Made by a program: the position numbers and the translations under genes
Shown here: one piece after another, positions 43,535 through 56,479 of the stretch
How the letters are laid out: the number at the start of each line of letters is the position of its first letter
How positions within the stretch are numbered: the first letter of the stretch is position 1
NCBI RefSeq assembly: GCF_009914755.1
Contig: NC_060941.1
Length of the DNA: 64,000 bases
Source of the DNA: the human T2T-CHM13v2.0 reference genome, Homo sapiens
Strand: one strand, 5' to 3'
The notes under the pieces: generated by a model
Told to the model about the DNA's origin: nothing
The model's database searches: none
Seen by the model: the letters and a program-made list of their open reading frames with translations, nothing else

Positions 43535-44367
43535 AAATCACCCGAGCTTATTTCTCCTATCTAATGGTAAATTTGCACCCATTGACCAACTTCTCCTCAT
43601 TCTCACCTTTTCCTCCTCTTAGTCTCTGATAATCACAGTTTTATGATATGAACTTTTTTGCTTTTTTAGATTCCACATGTGATTGAGGTCATGAAGTATC
43701 TAGTCATGAAGTATACAAAAGTGTCTTTCTGCGTCTGGCTCATTTCACTTAAAATAATGTTCTCCAAATTCATATATGTTGTGACAAATTCCAAAGTTTC
43801 TTTTTTATGACTGAATAATATTCCATCATGCATACATACCACATTTTCTTTGTACATTGTTGTGGTTTTGTTGTGTTCCCACTCAAATCTCATCTTGAAT
43901 TGTAGTTCCCATAATTCCCATGAGTCGTGGGAGGGATGCAGTTGTAGGTAATTGAGTCATAGGGGTGGTTTCCCCCATGCTGTTCTCATGATAGTGAGTG
44001 AGTTCTCAAGAGATCTGATGGTTTTCTAAGCATCTGGCATTTCCCCTGCTGGCACTCATTCTCTCCCCTGGTGCCCTGTGAAGAGGTGCCTTCCACCATG
44101 ATTGTAAGTTTCCTGAGGCCTCTCCAGCCATGCTGTGGTCAATTAACCTCTTTTCTTTATAAATTACCCAGTCTCAGCTATTTCTTCATGGCAGCATGAG
44201 AACGGACTAATACATCCATTTACCCATTGTTGGACACTTGGGTTGATTTTACGTCTTGGCTATTGTGAATATACTGCAGTAAGCATGGGAGTGCAGATAT
44301 GTTCTCAATATACTGTTTTCTTTTCCTGTGAGATCCAGCAATCCCACTACTGGGTATATATGCAAAA
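43535..44367 (-). mobile_element. L1MA-type 3' fragment with a ~40-bp 5' inversion (44326-44367), interrupted by THE1D
   Basis: Antisense L1 3' UTR/ORF2 end (ttagattccacatgt, ggacacttgggttgattt), then sense gatccagcaatcccactactgggtatatat. Confidence 0.8.
43858..44214 (+). mobile_element. THE1 (D-like) solo LTR
   Basis: TG...CA termini; contains caaatctcatcttgaattgtagttcccata and ends gaacggactaataca. TSD tacat/tccat. Confidence 0.92.
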
Positions 44368-44375
44368 GATCCTCC

Positions 44376-44681
44376 TTTTTTTTTTTTTTTTTTTTTTTTT
44401 TGAGATGGAGTCTTGCTCTGTCGCCCAGGCTGGAGTGCAGTGGTGCAATCTTGGCTCACTGCCACCTCCGCCTCCTGGGTTCTAGCAATTCTCCTGCCTC
44501 GGCCTTCTGAATAGTTGGGGCTACAGGTGAATGCCACCATGCCTGGCTAAATTTTTGTATTTTAGTAGAAACGGGGTTTCACCGTGTTAGCCAGGATGGT
44601 CTCAATCTCCTCACCTTGTGATCTGCCTGCCTCTGCCTCCCAAAGTGCTAGGATTACAGATGTGAGGCACCGTGCCCGGCC
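44376..44681 (-). mobile_element. AluSc-like
   Basis: Poly-T start; TSD aagatcctcctt at 44366 and 44682. Confidence 0.93.
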
Positions 44682-47600
44682 AAGATCCTCCTTCTTTATT
44701 GACCTCTTTATGTTTCATTCCCACAAAATTCTGCCTTCAGATTTGATCTTTTATCTATCCACATTTATTCTTCCAATTATCTCATCTATCCACATGGCTT
44801 TAAACACCATATATTCACTGACGATTCTTAAATTGTACATTTCTAAAGTGGACCTCCACCCTGCATGTCCAAACCAAAACTGCTTTGTATTTGCTATCCC
44901 ATAGTCAAATCTCTCCTCTTCTTAGAAAATATTAACACCACTTATTTCGTTTTCCAAACAAAATTCTTCTCTTTCTGTTATCTATAAAAATTGAAATCAA
45001 AATTATGTCTGTTATATGTTGTTGACTTAAAGGAATGGTGATGCTCAATTCTGACTACTCTGTGGGAGGTAAGACGAAATCAAGTGAGCAACCAAGATTA
45101 TTACGTTGAAGTAGAACAATAATTTTTATTTTGAGAATCTGATATCAATTTTACATCTAGCTTGTTCCTCAAAATACCACACGAAGAACTAAGAAGCATG
45201 GATTACAATGAACTATACAGTCATATAAAGCATAATAATTATAAAAATTATAATATGCATTTTGTGGAGTCAGATTTGTATATAAGAGGTAAAATATGAT
45301 AACCACTTGTTCAGTTATTGTAACACTGAATCTATGTTGCCATTGATTTGAGTTTTGTTCTTATAGGCCCAAGCCATGCTTCAAAGGAATAAAATATTTC
45401 ACCTTGGGTCTTAGTTTTACTTCCAAAGGCAATCAAAGCACTGAAGCATTTATGAATGGGTTAGAAGTATCAATCATCAATCATTGTCAGAATCCTATCA
45501 ATAATAAAAATAATCCTCCCAAAACGTATTTTTCTTGAAATACTATTAAAATTGAGGCTTATGTCAAAATAACAGGCATGAAAAATAGGCCCACTTCTGA
45601 AACTGTAGAAAACAAATGCAACATGTCTTACTTTGCAATGGCAACAAAAAAATTTATTCAGCTGCTGGATGCAAGGGTCACTTATTCTGGTGATGCTTAG
45701 CACAAAAATAATGAGGCTATTACTTTTTTAGCTTTGCCTCTAATCTAATCAACATGGTCTTGTTTTACTCTCTCAGGTGTCTTATTATTAGATCACTAAC
45801 ATTTTCAAAAATGTTTCTACATAAATATGAGGTAAAAGCAATTCACCCATAGCCACGAAACTTCCTAGTTTCAATCTGTGAGAGACAGTAATGAAAGTTT
45901 ATTAGAAGCATTTTCTTCTGTTTTATGACTCCATGACTTTGCATACTAATAGCTGTTATAATTGGAATAGAACTATGCTTTAGAAGAAAACATAAAAGTA
46001 TGCACAACTTTCATATTTCAAAGTAGCTCTAGGCAAAGGAAATGAAAAATGGCCTAGCAGGTAAGAATATGTATTTTAATTCTTTCATATTTCATAAAAA
46101 GTCACCCAGCACAAATCTGTAAGACAGACCTTTGGTAAATGTTATTTTGTTATTTTTTGGAATCATGGATTTTGGACTTGGATACCTTTTCTTGTAGATG
46201 TGAATCTGCATGTGATCAGTAATAAGTGGCTCTCAATGCTGTGGGCTCCTATTCTGTCATTTACTTCAGTCAGAATATACTGGGCACATGATGTGTGTTC
46301 AACAATAATTTGCCAATTACCTTATATTTTTTACCCAAAATAAATTTCAACCACAGAAAGTGATCAAGTAGATATTTATAAAGCATTAGGGACATATTGG
46401 AAACTGTAGATTGTACACTGATCAATTACTTTTATATTATTTTAGAAATTTTTACTTATCTCAAAATGTATTAAAATACTCATCTGTCCTCTTATTTCAT
46501 GGATATTAAATGTATGTATATTTATTAAATATCAAAATTGAGTCTTTGTAAAAAAAGATTAAAGCTTAATAAAGATCATAGTCATATGCATAAATGTCAC
46601 AAATATAAAACACTCTTCCTCTTTTTACTACACCCGTGTTGACAGATGTTGAATTATATTCAAGTCAACTCATTTACTAGCCTTTCTGTGGGCTCTTAAT
46701 AGTTATAAATTATTTTGCCAAATGTACAAGATTGCACTTGCATTGAAGTAGAGTCTAAGATAGAAAAAGAGGTGTACATTTGAGTATTTCAAGAGTTCCA
46801 ACAAATGTGCAAACACAGTTCTCTGGTACTTCAGAAGAATTAGAAATCATATCCAATTCAAGGATATTAAGAAAGTCTTTACGGGGGAGGTAGCAATGAA
46901 GAGAAACTTGAAACAGATAGAGTCTCACCATCTGGCATAAGATGGAAAAGGCACATTCCAGACAGCAAAAGACATAAACACATCACTTGAAGTCATTCTC
47001 AAAGAAGGGAAAGTCATCTTTAAATATCACAGTGGAGCCAAGGAGAGATTAAAAGTAGTTACATTTCTAGAGAGGGGCAAAAAATGACACTTTACTCATT
47101 AGAGCGAAATTTGTCTTAACTGAGATTTTGCAGAGACCTTATTTTACTTATCTGGTATCTCTTCTTTGACTACAGAGACATTTTTTTAACATGAATGACT
47201 CATTTGAAATCTATACTTGGAAATGTCATATTTTCTAAGACTCAACAGGGATTTGCTATATTTTTAAAGATTAATTTCTAGAGGAAAGGGTTTTTAGATA
47301 TAAAAATTAATCCCCTGGCATACTATACAAATACAAAAATCCTTTAGTATTCATGAACCTTGTTTCTAATTCTGACATTTCTACCTTCCAAGCTTGCTTC
47401 TTTAATCAGAGTAGTGTGAACGTCCTCAGTATATCACCACTGAGTTTTAATAGCAAGTAAAAAACCAAAAACTCTTCTGACCTTTAGCTGCAGAGTTTAT
47501 ACCTGAGATTCTTGACAAATAGCTGCCAACTGATAGATTTTTTTTTTAATGTCATGTCAGTTTTCATTTTCCTGTGACTATGTCTTGGGTAGGCATGGAT

Positions 47601-49204
47601 ATTATCCAGATTCTAAGCTAAATTGCATTCTATTATTAATAGCTTTAATCTGTTTGTAATCATCTCTTATTAATGTGATACATTGGATATACTGAGAATA
47701 TAGATTTTTCCAAGAAATATATTGACAAAGTGAAATTCTTCTGGAATTGTTTCTACCTACATATCCCACCAACAACTGAAGTCAACAGGCAGTGACACCA
47801 GCACTTACTCTACAAAGCTTGCAATATTGAATATAATTGGTGGATTCAAAATAATTATTTTACTGCTGATTATCCTGAGACTACATACTCCTAGCCAAAC
47901 TGTGCTAAGAGAAGCACTAATTCTTAACAATGTTAACCAGATTTCTAGGTAACTTGGGGAAAATACTGCACATGTGATTTTTTTTAACAGATTCCAAATG
48001 TAAATTAACTTACATAAAGAATTGAGAATTTCTGAAGTTTAATATGTCATTTCACATGTAAAGGGGATGGTATATGTTAAGATCCTTGCTCTCACTATTT
48101 CCAATAAAGTATTATAGCTATATATTTTTAAAATTTGAATCTCCTGTTCCATAAATCAATTTATGAAGGCACTAGTAACATATTTACTTAGATGCAGCTT
48201 TTAATCTGTCCAAAGACTTAGAAATGAGACAAAAGAAAGCATAACCAACAAACAAAAAATAAATATAAAAGTTGGTGTTTGTTCTGAAAATCTGCATGTC
48301 TTAAGTAATCTTTAAGCTCTGTCAAAGACAGAACAACATCGAATACAATCTGACTTAGAAATTTAGGAGGGATCATGAATAACAGAAATGTAAATAAAAT
48401 GCAGATAGGAGTGACAATATTGAGAGTTGTTTAAAATAATAGGGTAGTTTTCTGTTGTTGGGCAAGTAATGAAAAAATAAATGAATATATTTTGGTTTTC
48501 TCTCATATTTGCACAAAGAAAAATTGAAAATATGCATATATAACTAATACAATTCTTATCTGTATAAAGCAAGGGGCAGTGTCAGACACAGTGAAAAGGA
48601 ACAAGACTTGGGGCAAGACTTCTTGATGTCTAGATTTTCTAATATTTTGATTTTTGAATCACATGAACGTTTCAAATTAAACTTAAAAGTAAAAGGCAAA
48701 ATTGTTATTGCAAATAGAGTTTCTTTAGTTGCTCATAGTAGAGACTTCAAAATTGGATTATGTAATGATGTGTTCTCCTCACTGTATAGAAGAACAATAT
48801 ATAGAGAGAAGGAAAGTAGAACAAGACGAAACTGGCACAGTGTTTGTGAGCAAACATTGCTAATTGATAGGGAATGAACATGTAAAATACCTGTTCAATA
48901 CAGGAGATTTTGCAGTGGTTCATTGCAAATGGACAGTCACATGCAGACATAGTTGAGAGACCTCACAGAAGGAGAAAACAGATAATAGAATCAATAAAGA
49001 CTGATGAAAATTATTCTCCTTTTCCAATATTTGAGCAGATATGGTTTTGAACTGATATCACTCTTAAAAAATTGGATGTAAAAGATGAACCCTCTTCCCA
49101 AAAGGCCGAAAATGCACATATATAGATGCACAAAACTATTAAATACAGACAATTTAGAAGTTAACACAGATGTAAGAGGACGAGCCTCCAAATTTTAATG
49201 GGCA

Positions 49205-49390
49205 AGATACTGTGATCCAAATAGAACTTGGATTAAATCTCAGTACTGCCACTGATGACTAACGGACCTTAGATAAATTACTTAATTTCTCTGAGCCTCG
49301 GTTTTCTTATCTTCAAAATGGAGATAATGATTCTTGTGTTACCAGCATAAGGAACAAATTCAACATATATGAAATATTATTATTGTTACT
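49205..49390 (+). mobile_element. MIR
   Basis: Core sequence accttagataaattacttaatttctctgagcctcggttttcttatcttcaaaatggagataat. Confidence 0.85.
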
Positions 49391-51379
49391 ATAATTATAA
49401 TGGCTGTCAAACAGAATTAGAAACTCAAAAGCTGGGCAAAGAGATAGTCTTCCCTGTCCCTGTCAGGGTAACTGATATGTCCTCCTTCAACATACTGCAA
49501 TTCTATTGATATTCAGAGGTAAGTACTCTGAATCATTTTGCTACCACTCACAGATTGTCTTTTCATTTTCTCACCCATATATCTTTCCTCCCAAAATAGT
49601 TTCAGAGAAACTCTAGCATCTTTACTCCAATGGTGTTAGACCTAACTTCATTTGTTTCAAGGAGAGAAAACTATAGTGATCACACAGTCAGGGAAGGAAT
49701 CTCAAGTTTTGGGGTTTTGTTTCTAGTATAGCTTTATGGAGTGGCTGATAGTCTTACTATCTAATTAGATGCTTCAGGCACATGCCAGCTTTGAAAGTCT
49801 GGCAGTAGTTTCTAAGGGTGCAAAGAACAGTTTGAGGTGAGAACATTTGTTGAGGATGTCCTATTTTGATTTCTATAAAAATATAATTATATGAAATCAT
49901 AATATCTGTGTCCCTGGTAGTGCTAAGATACGGAGCATGCTACCAAAGAACAGCCCCCTTTACTTGAAGGAGACAGAGAGAAAAAATTATATCTCCATGA
50001 AATAATGCAGTGATTAATTTAAAAAGCTGTCTCCTTTCTCTTACCTTTTAAACCGTGAGGGGATTTTTTTTGTCCTATTACGATAATATCAGTTCTAACA
50101 AGATAAACTCAGTAAAGCCCACTAAGCATTAGTTTATGCATGAACCTTTGCACTCTTTGACCCACTTTGTATAAGTATATAAAGAGAAAATGAAAATGAG
50201 TTTGCAAATCATGCTTAGCATAAGTCTGAGAACTTGCTTACTGTTTGTTATTCCATTAGGAATTTTATTTGAATTGTTGCTTCAGTCTCACCCCACCTCT
50301 CTGTTGGTTTTCAAAGATGAGTTCAGAATGATTGAACTTAATGTTTAATGGCTTCAATTGTGAGGGCAGCTAAGTGGCTATATACTTAAAGAACAAGAGT
50401 AATAAACATACTTTCCTTCATTTGCTGTTCTGCCATACTATTAGTCTACCAAAAAAAGTTTAAGTTTTAAGTGACGAGTAACAAATTGATGACATGCACT
50501 CTTGACTAATTAGGTGAATCCCTCATTCTATATGGTACTTGAGCTTTAATAAGAAAAATAATATCAGCATAATAACAATAACCTGATATTATCCATTTAA
50601 AGTATCTACTTCACTGCCATTGAATATAGCAATTAGGAGGACAGGTCCTAATGACAATATTTAGCTAGTACCGTTTCAGTGATATAAACCTTTCAAATCT
50701 GCTCATCATCACCTCTTCTTCCTGAGAATAACTTTTTTTCTCAGTATTAATTAACTATTCCAAAACTTAGTAAGCTTCTCATTCACCTTATTCAGTTAGT
50801 TTTGCTTACTAATAATCATAACCCATTCTCTTTTCAGAATACAATTCATAGATTTGCTGTATAGATTTGCTTTCTCACCCTCCAGCTGCTCTCAATTCAG
50901 TTCCAGTCAGTTTGAGATTATTGGATTTAGTGAGGAGGCTACACTCTGAATCTCATCTTTTCCCTAAGGCACTCAAAGCCTTTCTAGCCCTTTTTCTTTC
51001 TCTCTCTTTCTTTTCTTTCTTTCTTTCTTTTTTTTTTTTTAACAACTTAAGGCCTTAAAATACTTTGTTTTTGCAAAATTTCAGCAGCCATAATTTCTAT
51101 ACTATGATCTTGTATTTCTTCATGCATCCTGGCCAATCCTCTCCTGGCTCATCTCCTTCAGGCAACATGAAAGTGTGTTTTTTCAAATTCTAATTCTATT
51201 AAAAGAGGAAGAACCTCTGCCTTCTAGACTACCATAAGCAAGTGTTTTATCAAATGTTTTACACTGCATAACATAAATCAGCATTTTTTTCAGCCTTCTA
51301 TATTAGTTTTCCTAGGCCAACACTGTATATTTTATGTTGTGTTACATCATCACTCCAATTCTAGTACAAATTTGTCTTC

Positions 51380-51780
51380 TGATGAGGTTAACTTAGGCTA
51401 TGCTGAGATAACGACTCTGAAAATTCAGTGGCTAAATGCATGAATATTTTATTACGTGTCTTGCTCCGTCCTGCTCTGTGTGTCACAGGGCTTTACTGCT
51501 CAAAGTCACTTGGTTTTCCAGGATAAAGAAAGCTCTTCCGTGACCCAGCTGTTGTACCATTAGAAACATTCAGTTTCTTTGGGATTTTCAACAGAACACA
51601 GGGTGTAGTGAATTGATATTGTTTTTCTGTGACTCAGCCTATAAATGACATATGTCACTTTTGCTTATGGTGCCTTGATCTGGACTAGTTCCTTGGCCCC
51701 GTGTAACTGAAAGACAGCTGAGTTACATAGAAGGAGAAGGGTATGTGGCTATTAATTGAGAAGTAACTACTTGCTGCACT
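51380..51780 (-). mobile_element. Old MLT1 (H/I/J-like) LTR remnant
   Basis: aggctatgctgagataac...cagtggctaaa...tgacatatgtcacttttgct. Confidence 0.5.
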
Positions 51781-51830
51781 ATAGAAGGAGAAGGATATGT
51801 GGCTATTGAGCAGTAACTACTTGCTACACT
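51727..51830. repeat. Tandem duplication, 54 + 50 bp
   Basis: atagaaggagaagg.tatgtggctatt(aatt)gag.agtaactacttgct.cact occurs twice, head to tail. Confidence 0.95.
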
Positions 51831-53210
51831 ATAGGTAAAAATACCTTGATCAACTACTTTATAATTTTTTTCACATAAGATTCCTTTGGCTTCCTAGATC
51901 TCACGAGTTGATTATACCTCCTTTACTATTTTATTAAAATTCTATTTGAATTTTTAAAATTCCTTATAATCCCTTATATTCAATCCAATATACATTTAAT
52001 TTCTCTCATTGATAAAAGCCTGGTCATAACTCTGACCATTTTTTAAATGCTTTGATATCTATAGTTATAGGAGAAAATAACTGATAAAAGATTAAATATT
52101 AGATATATACAGGTAAAGGAAATACGGAACCACAGTTTCTAAGCCTCGAAGTAATGAAATGACAATAGCTCTAATCAGCCTCTTTGAAATATGAACACAG
52201 AGAAATGCATGTTGACAATGGTTAATAAAGTTTCGTGTCAATAATAGATTATGATTTTTAAAAATATTTTAAACTTTGCATTCCAACCAAAGGCATTTAC
52301 ATAAAAAAGTAGAAGTATAATCATCTCTGCAATCCATACATAATTATATAATGGTCATGACCATGCCATAGATGATATAGATGGATTCACATGCCAATCT
52401 GAACTTAGAAAACAAGTTTTTTTGCAGAAAGGAAAAGGTGTTCAAGATGATACTGCTCAGAGCTGGCAGATGACTTTGAATCTACTCCCCAAATTTAATA
52501 TCTCAGATGTTGATGTGGGAGGAGCACAGTGAAATTTTTAGCACTCAGCAACTTTGAAGAATGAAGTTCTCGGAATGATTAAGCATTCTAATTAATATAT
52601 ATGGCATAGATATCATGTGTGGAATACCAGTTTTTTAGAGAACTGAAATAGTATAGAATCTATTTTTAAGTAATATCAAATAATTTAGTATTTATTTGAT
52701 TACTCAGAAGACACATGAGGTTCTCAAAGAATCTGCATAAATAAATTTTAGTTATTATTCTGAAGATTTAGAAAAACATAGTTTAAAAAATATTTTCAGT
52801 AATTAAAAGGTGTCATTTTTTATGGTATAATGCAGTCCACAGCTCACATTCTAACAGTGTCTCTTACTTGCTAAATATTATAAGCAATTTACTCTCTCTA
52901 AGCATCTTTCATTATCATTACAATCATTAACTCTTTCATAATATTATCTGGAAAATTCTCAGAGTGAATTCCATGGTTATAGTAGAGTAACATTTAGACT
53001 GTTTATCTGTTAATATTAATTTATTCTGAGTTGTTCTATTTAAGGTCTGCTTAATGAAACTACTTTAGGTATTTTTTTGAACCAGGAAGTGGGTAATCGG
53101 GTGTAGCACATACAATTCAGTGAGTCTGAGTCTGTTGAAACTTATAGCATTTAAGGTCTACTGTGTTCTGACTTATATCTGTGTCTCCCAGTATATCTAC
53201 AGTACCTATC

Positions 53211-55742
53211 TGTGTTAGTTCATTGTCACACTGCTATAAAGAACTACCTGAGACTGTGTAGTTTATAAAGAAAAGAGGTTTAATTGGCTCACAGTTCCAC
53301 AGGATGTGTAGGAAGCATGGTTGTGGAGACCTCAGGAAACTTATAATCACGGCAGAGGTCAAAGGGGATGCAGGCACAATCTTTACATGGTGAAGCAGAA
53401 GACAGAGAGCAAAGGGGGAAGTGCTACATACTTTTAAACAACCAGATCTCATGAGAACACACTATCAAGAGACAAGTAAGGTGGAAGTGCATCCCCATGA
53501 TCCAATTGCCTCCCACCAAGTCCCTCCTCCAACACTGGGAATTACAATTTGACATGAGATTTGGATGGGAACACAGAGACAAACCATGTTATTCTACCCC
53601 TGGCACGTTCCAAATCTCATGTCCTTCTCACATTTCAAAACACAATCATGCCTTCCCAGCAGTTCCCCAATGTCTTAACTCATTCTGGCATTAACTCAAA
53701 GTTCAAGTCCAAAGTCTCATCTGAGACAAGGCAAGTCCCTTTCACCTATGAGCTTGTACAGGCACAAACAAGTTAGTTACTCCAAAGATACACTGGGGAT
53801 ACAGGCACTGGGTGAATAGATCTGTTCCAAGAGAGATAAATCAGCCAAAACAAAGGGGCCCCAGGCCCCATGCAAGTCCAAAACCCAGCAGAGCAGTCAT
53901 TAAATCTCAAAGCTCTGAAATAATCTCCTTTGACACCATGACTCACATCCAGGGCATGCTGAAGCAAGGAGTGGGCTCCTAAGGTCCTGGGAAGCTCCAC
54001 CCTTGCAGTTCTGCAGGGTAAAGACCCTGTGGCTGCTTTCATGAGTTGGCATTGACTGCCTGCAGCTTTTCCAGGTTCACAGTGCAAGCTGTACATGCAT
54101 CTACCATTCTGGGGTTGGAGGAGAGTAGCCCTCTTCTCACAGCTCCACCAGGCAGTGCCCCACTGGGGACTCTATGTGGGGGCTCCAACCCCACATTTCC
54201 CTTGTGCACTTTCCTAGTAGAAGTTCCTCATGAGGGTTCCATTCCTGCAGCAGGCTTCTGCCTGATCATCCATGTGTTTCTATACATCCTCTGAAATTGA
54301 GATGGAGGCTCCCAAATCTCAACTCTTGCCTTCTGCACACCCACAGGTCTAACATCATATGGAAGCCACCAGGGCTTGGGGCTTGCACCCTCTGAAGCCA
54401 TGGCCTGAGCTATATTTTGGCCCCATTTAGACACAGCTGGATCTGGAGCTGCTAGGATGCAGGGCACGATGTCTTGAAGCTGCACAGAGCAGCGGGGCAT
54501 TGGGTCTGACCCATGAAACCATGTTTCCTTCTTAGACCTCTGGGACTGTGATGGGAATGTCTTCCATGAAGGTATCTGAAATGCCTTGGAGGCATTTTCC
54601 TCATTGTCTTGTCAATAATAGATTATGACATTATTCCATTGATATGATATGACTATTAATATTCGAATCCTCTTTAATTATGTAAATTTTTCAGCTGGTT
54701 GAATTCCTCCTCAGAAAATGGGTTTTTCTTTTCTACTGCATGGCCAGGCTGCAAATTTTCCCAACTATTATGCTCTGCTTCCCTGTTAAATATGTTTCAC
54801 TTTCAGGTGATTTTTCTGTTTGTTCAAATGAGTATAGGCTTTTAGAAGCAGCCAGGACACATCTTGAACACTTTTCTGTTTAGAAATTTCTTCTGCCAGA
54901 TATCCTTAATCTTTTAATCTCAAGTTCAAAGTTCCACAGATTCCTAGAGCAGTGGCACAATGACTCCAGTCTCTTTGCTAAAGCATAGCAAGAGTGAACT
55001 TTACTCCAGTTCCCAGTAAGTTCTTCATCTTCATCTGAGATCTCATCAGCCTGGACTTCACTGTTCATATCAACATCAGCATTTTGGTCAAAACCATTTA
55101 ACAAGTTTCTAGGAAGTTCTAAACTTTCCAACATATTCCTCTCTTCTTCTGAGCCCTCCAAACTGTTCCAGCCTCTGCTCAGTTCCAAAGGTGTTTCCAC
55201 ATTTTCAGGTATCTTTATAGCAATGCGCCACTTCTGGGACACCAATTTTCTGTATTAGTCCATTGTCACAATGCTATAAAGAACTACCTGAGACTGGGTA
55301 ATTTATAAAGAAAAGAGGTTTAATTGGCTCACAGTTCCACAGGCTGTATAGGATGCATGGCTGGGGAGACCTCAGGAAACTTACAATCATGTCAGAAGGC
55401 AAAGCGGAAGGAAGCAGGCACAATGTTTACACGGAAGAGCAGCAAAGGGGGAAACACACTTTTAAACAACTAGATCTCCTGATAATTCAGTCACTACTAT
55501 GAGAACAGCAAGGCTGAAATCTGCCCCCACGATTCAGCCACCTCCCACCAGGTCCTCCCCTAACAGAGATTACTAGAGGCTGGAAAGTGCAGGAGGAAAG
55601 GAGAGATAAAGAGAGATTTGTTAAAGGATATAAAATTGCAACTAGACAATAAGTTCTAGTATTCTATAGCACTGGAGAATGACTATTAGACATGACAATT
55701 AGACATAAGATTTGGATGGGAACACAAAGCCAAACCATACCG
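53211..55742 (-). mobile_element. Complete MSTA-like MaLR provirus (3' LTR 53211-53591, internal 53592-55250, 5' LTR 55251-55742)
   Basis: Two direct LTRs beginning tgt(g/a)ttagt(t/c)cattgtcaca on the plus strand. The internal region is homologous to the THE1D interior (peptide LELPRNLLNGFDQNAD). TSD ctatc (53206) / ccatc (55743). Confidence 0.93.
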
Positions 55743-56219
55743 CCATCTAAATGCACTCTCCACTTGAGGTGACAGATTTTTACTTTTAATATATTCTGTG
55801 GCTGTCTCGTGTTCACATTGTCATTTTCAAATACTTCCTTTCAACCAGACTTTTTCGTCTTCTTCCCCTGTCTTCTCCACCTCATGGAGTTCTAAGGCTT
55901 ATCTCTAACATCAGGTCCTCCAAGATCCTGCTGAGTCACTCACATTGGATGGTTAAACACTGCAGTGTTCCAAGTAAAATCTTCAGGTATTAAACAGCAA
56001 GATGAACAAGACAAAGTCCCTGTCTTTGGGAAATCCAGGTGTTGTAGAGGCTGGTACAGAATTAATTTTAATACAAAGTAGTGACTAATGAGAAAATGTG
56101 CAAAAAATGTTATCCATTACTTATCCAAACTCCCAAAGTAATGCCAGTGCCCCTTCTGTGGCAATAATGTTACTCAGTAGGAAAATACAGTGGAAAGAGA
56201 AACCTAACTGAAGTTTTAA

Positions 56220-56472
56220 GTTATTTTTTATTGATGCATAATAAGTGTACACATTTTGGGAGTACATGTGATAATTTAATACATTCATATAATTTGCACA
56301 AATCAAATTAATGCACTTGGGATGTCAATAACCTTAAATGTTTGCTTTTCTTTATGCTTGAAACATCTAAATTATTCTTTTCTAGCTATTTTGAAATACA
56401 CAATAGATTGTTATAAACTATAGTTACCTCACTTATGTATGGAATACTAGGTCTTATTGCTTCTATCAAACT
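56220..56472 (-). mobile_element. L1MA6-like 3' end fragment
   Basis: gtacatgtgataatttaatacattcatataattt...ttctagctattttgaaataca. Confidence 0.75.
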
Positions 56473-56479
56473 CTAAGAA

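Noticed and set aside
47880-48060. Possible hAT/MER DNA transposon relic (also ~52560-52800)
   Set aside because: Too degenerate; I could not identify terminal inverted repeats or a TSD.
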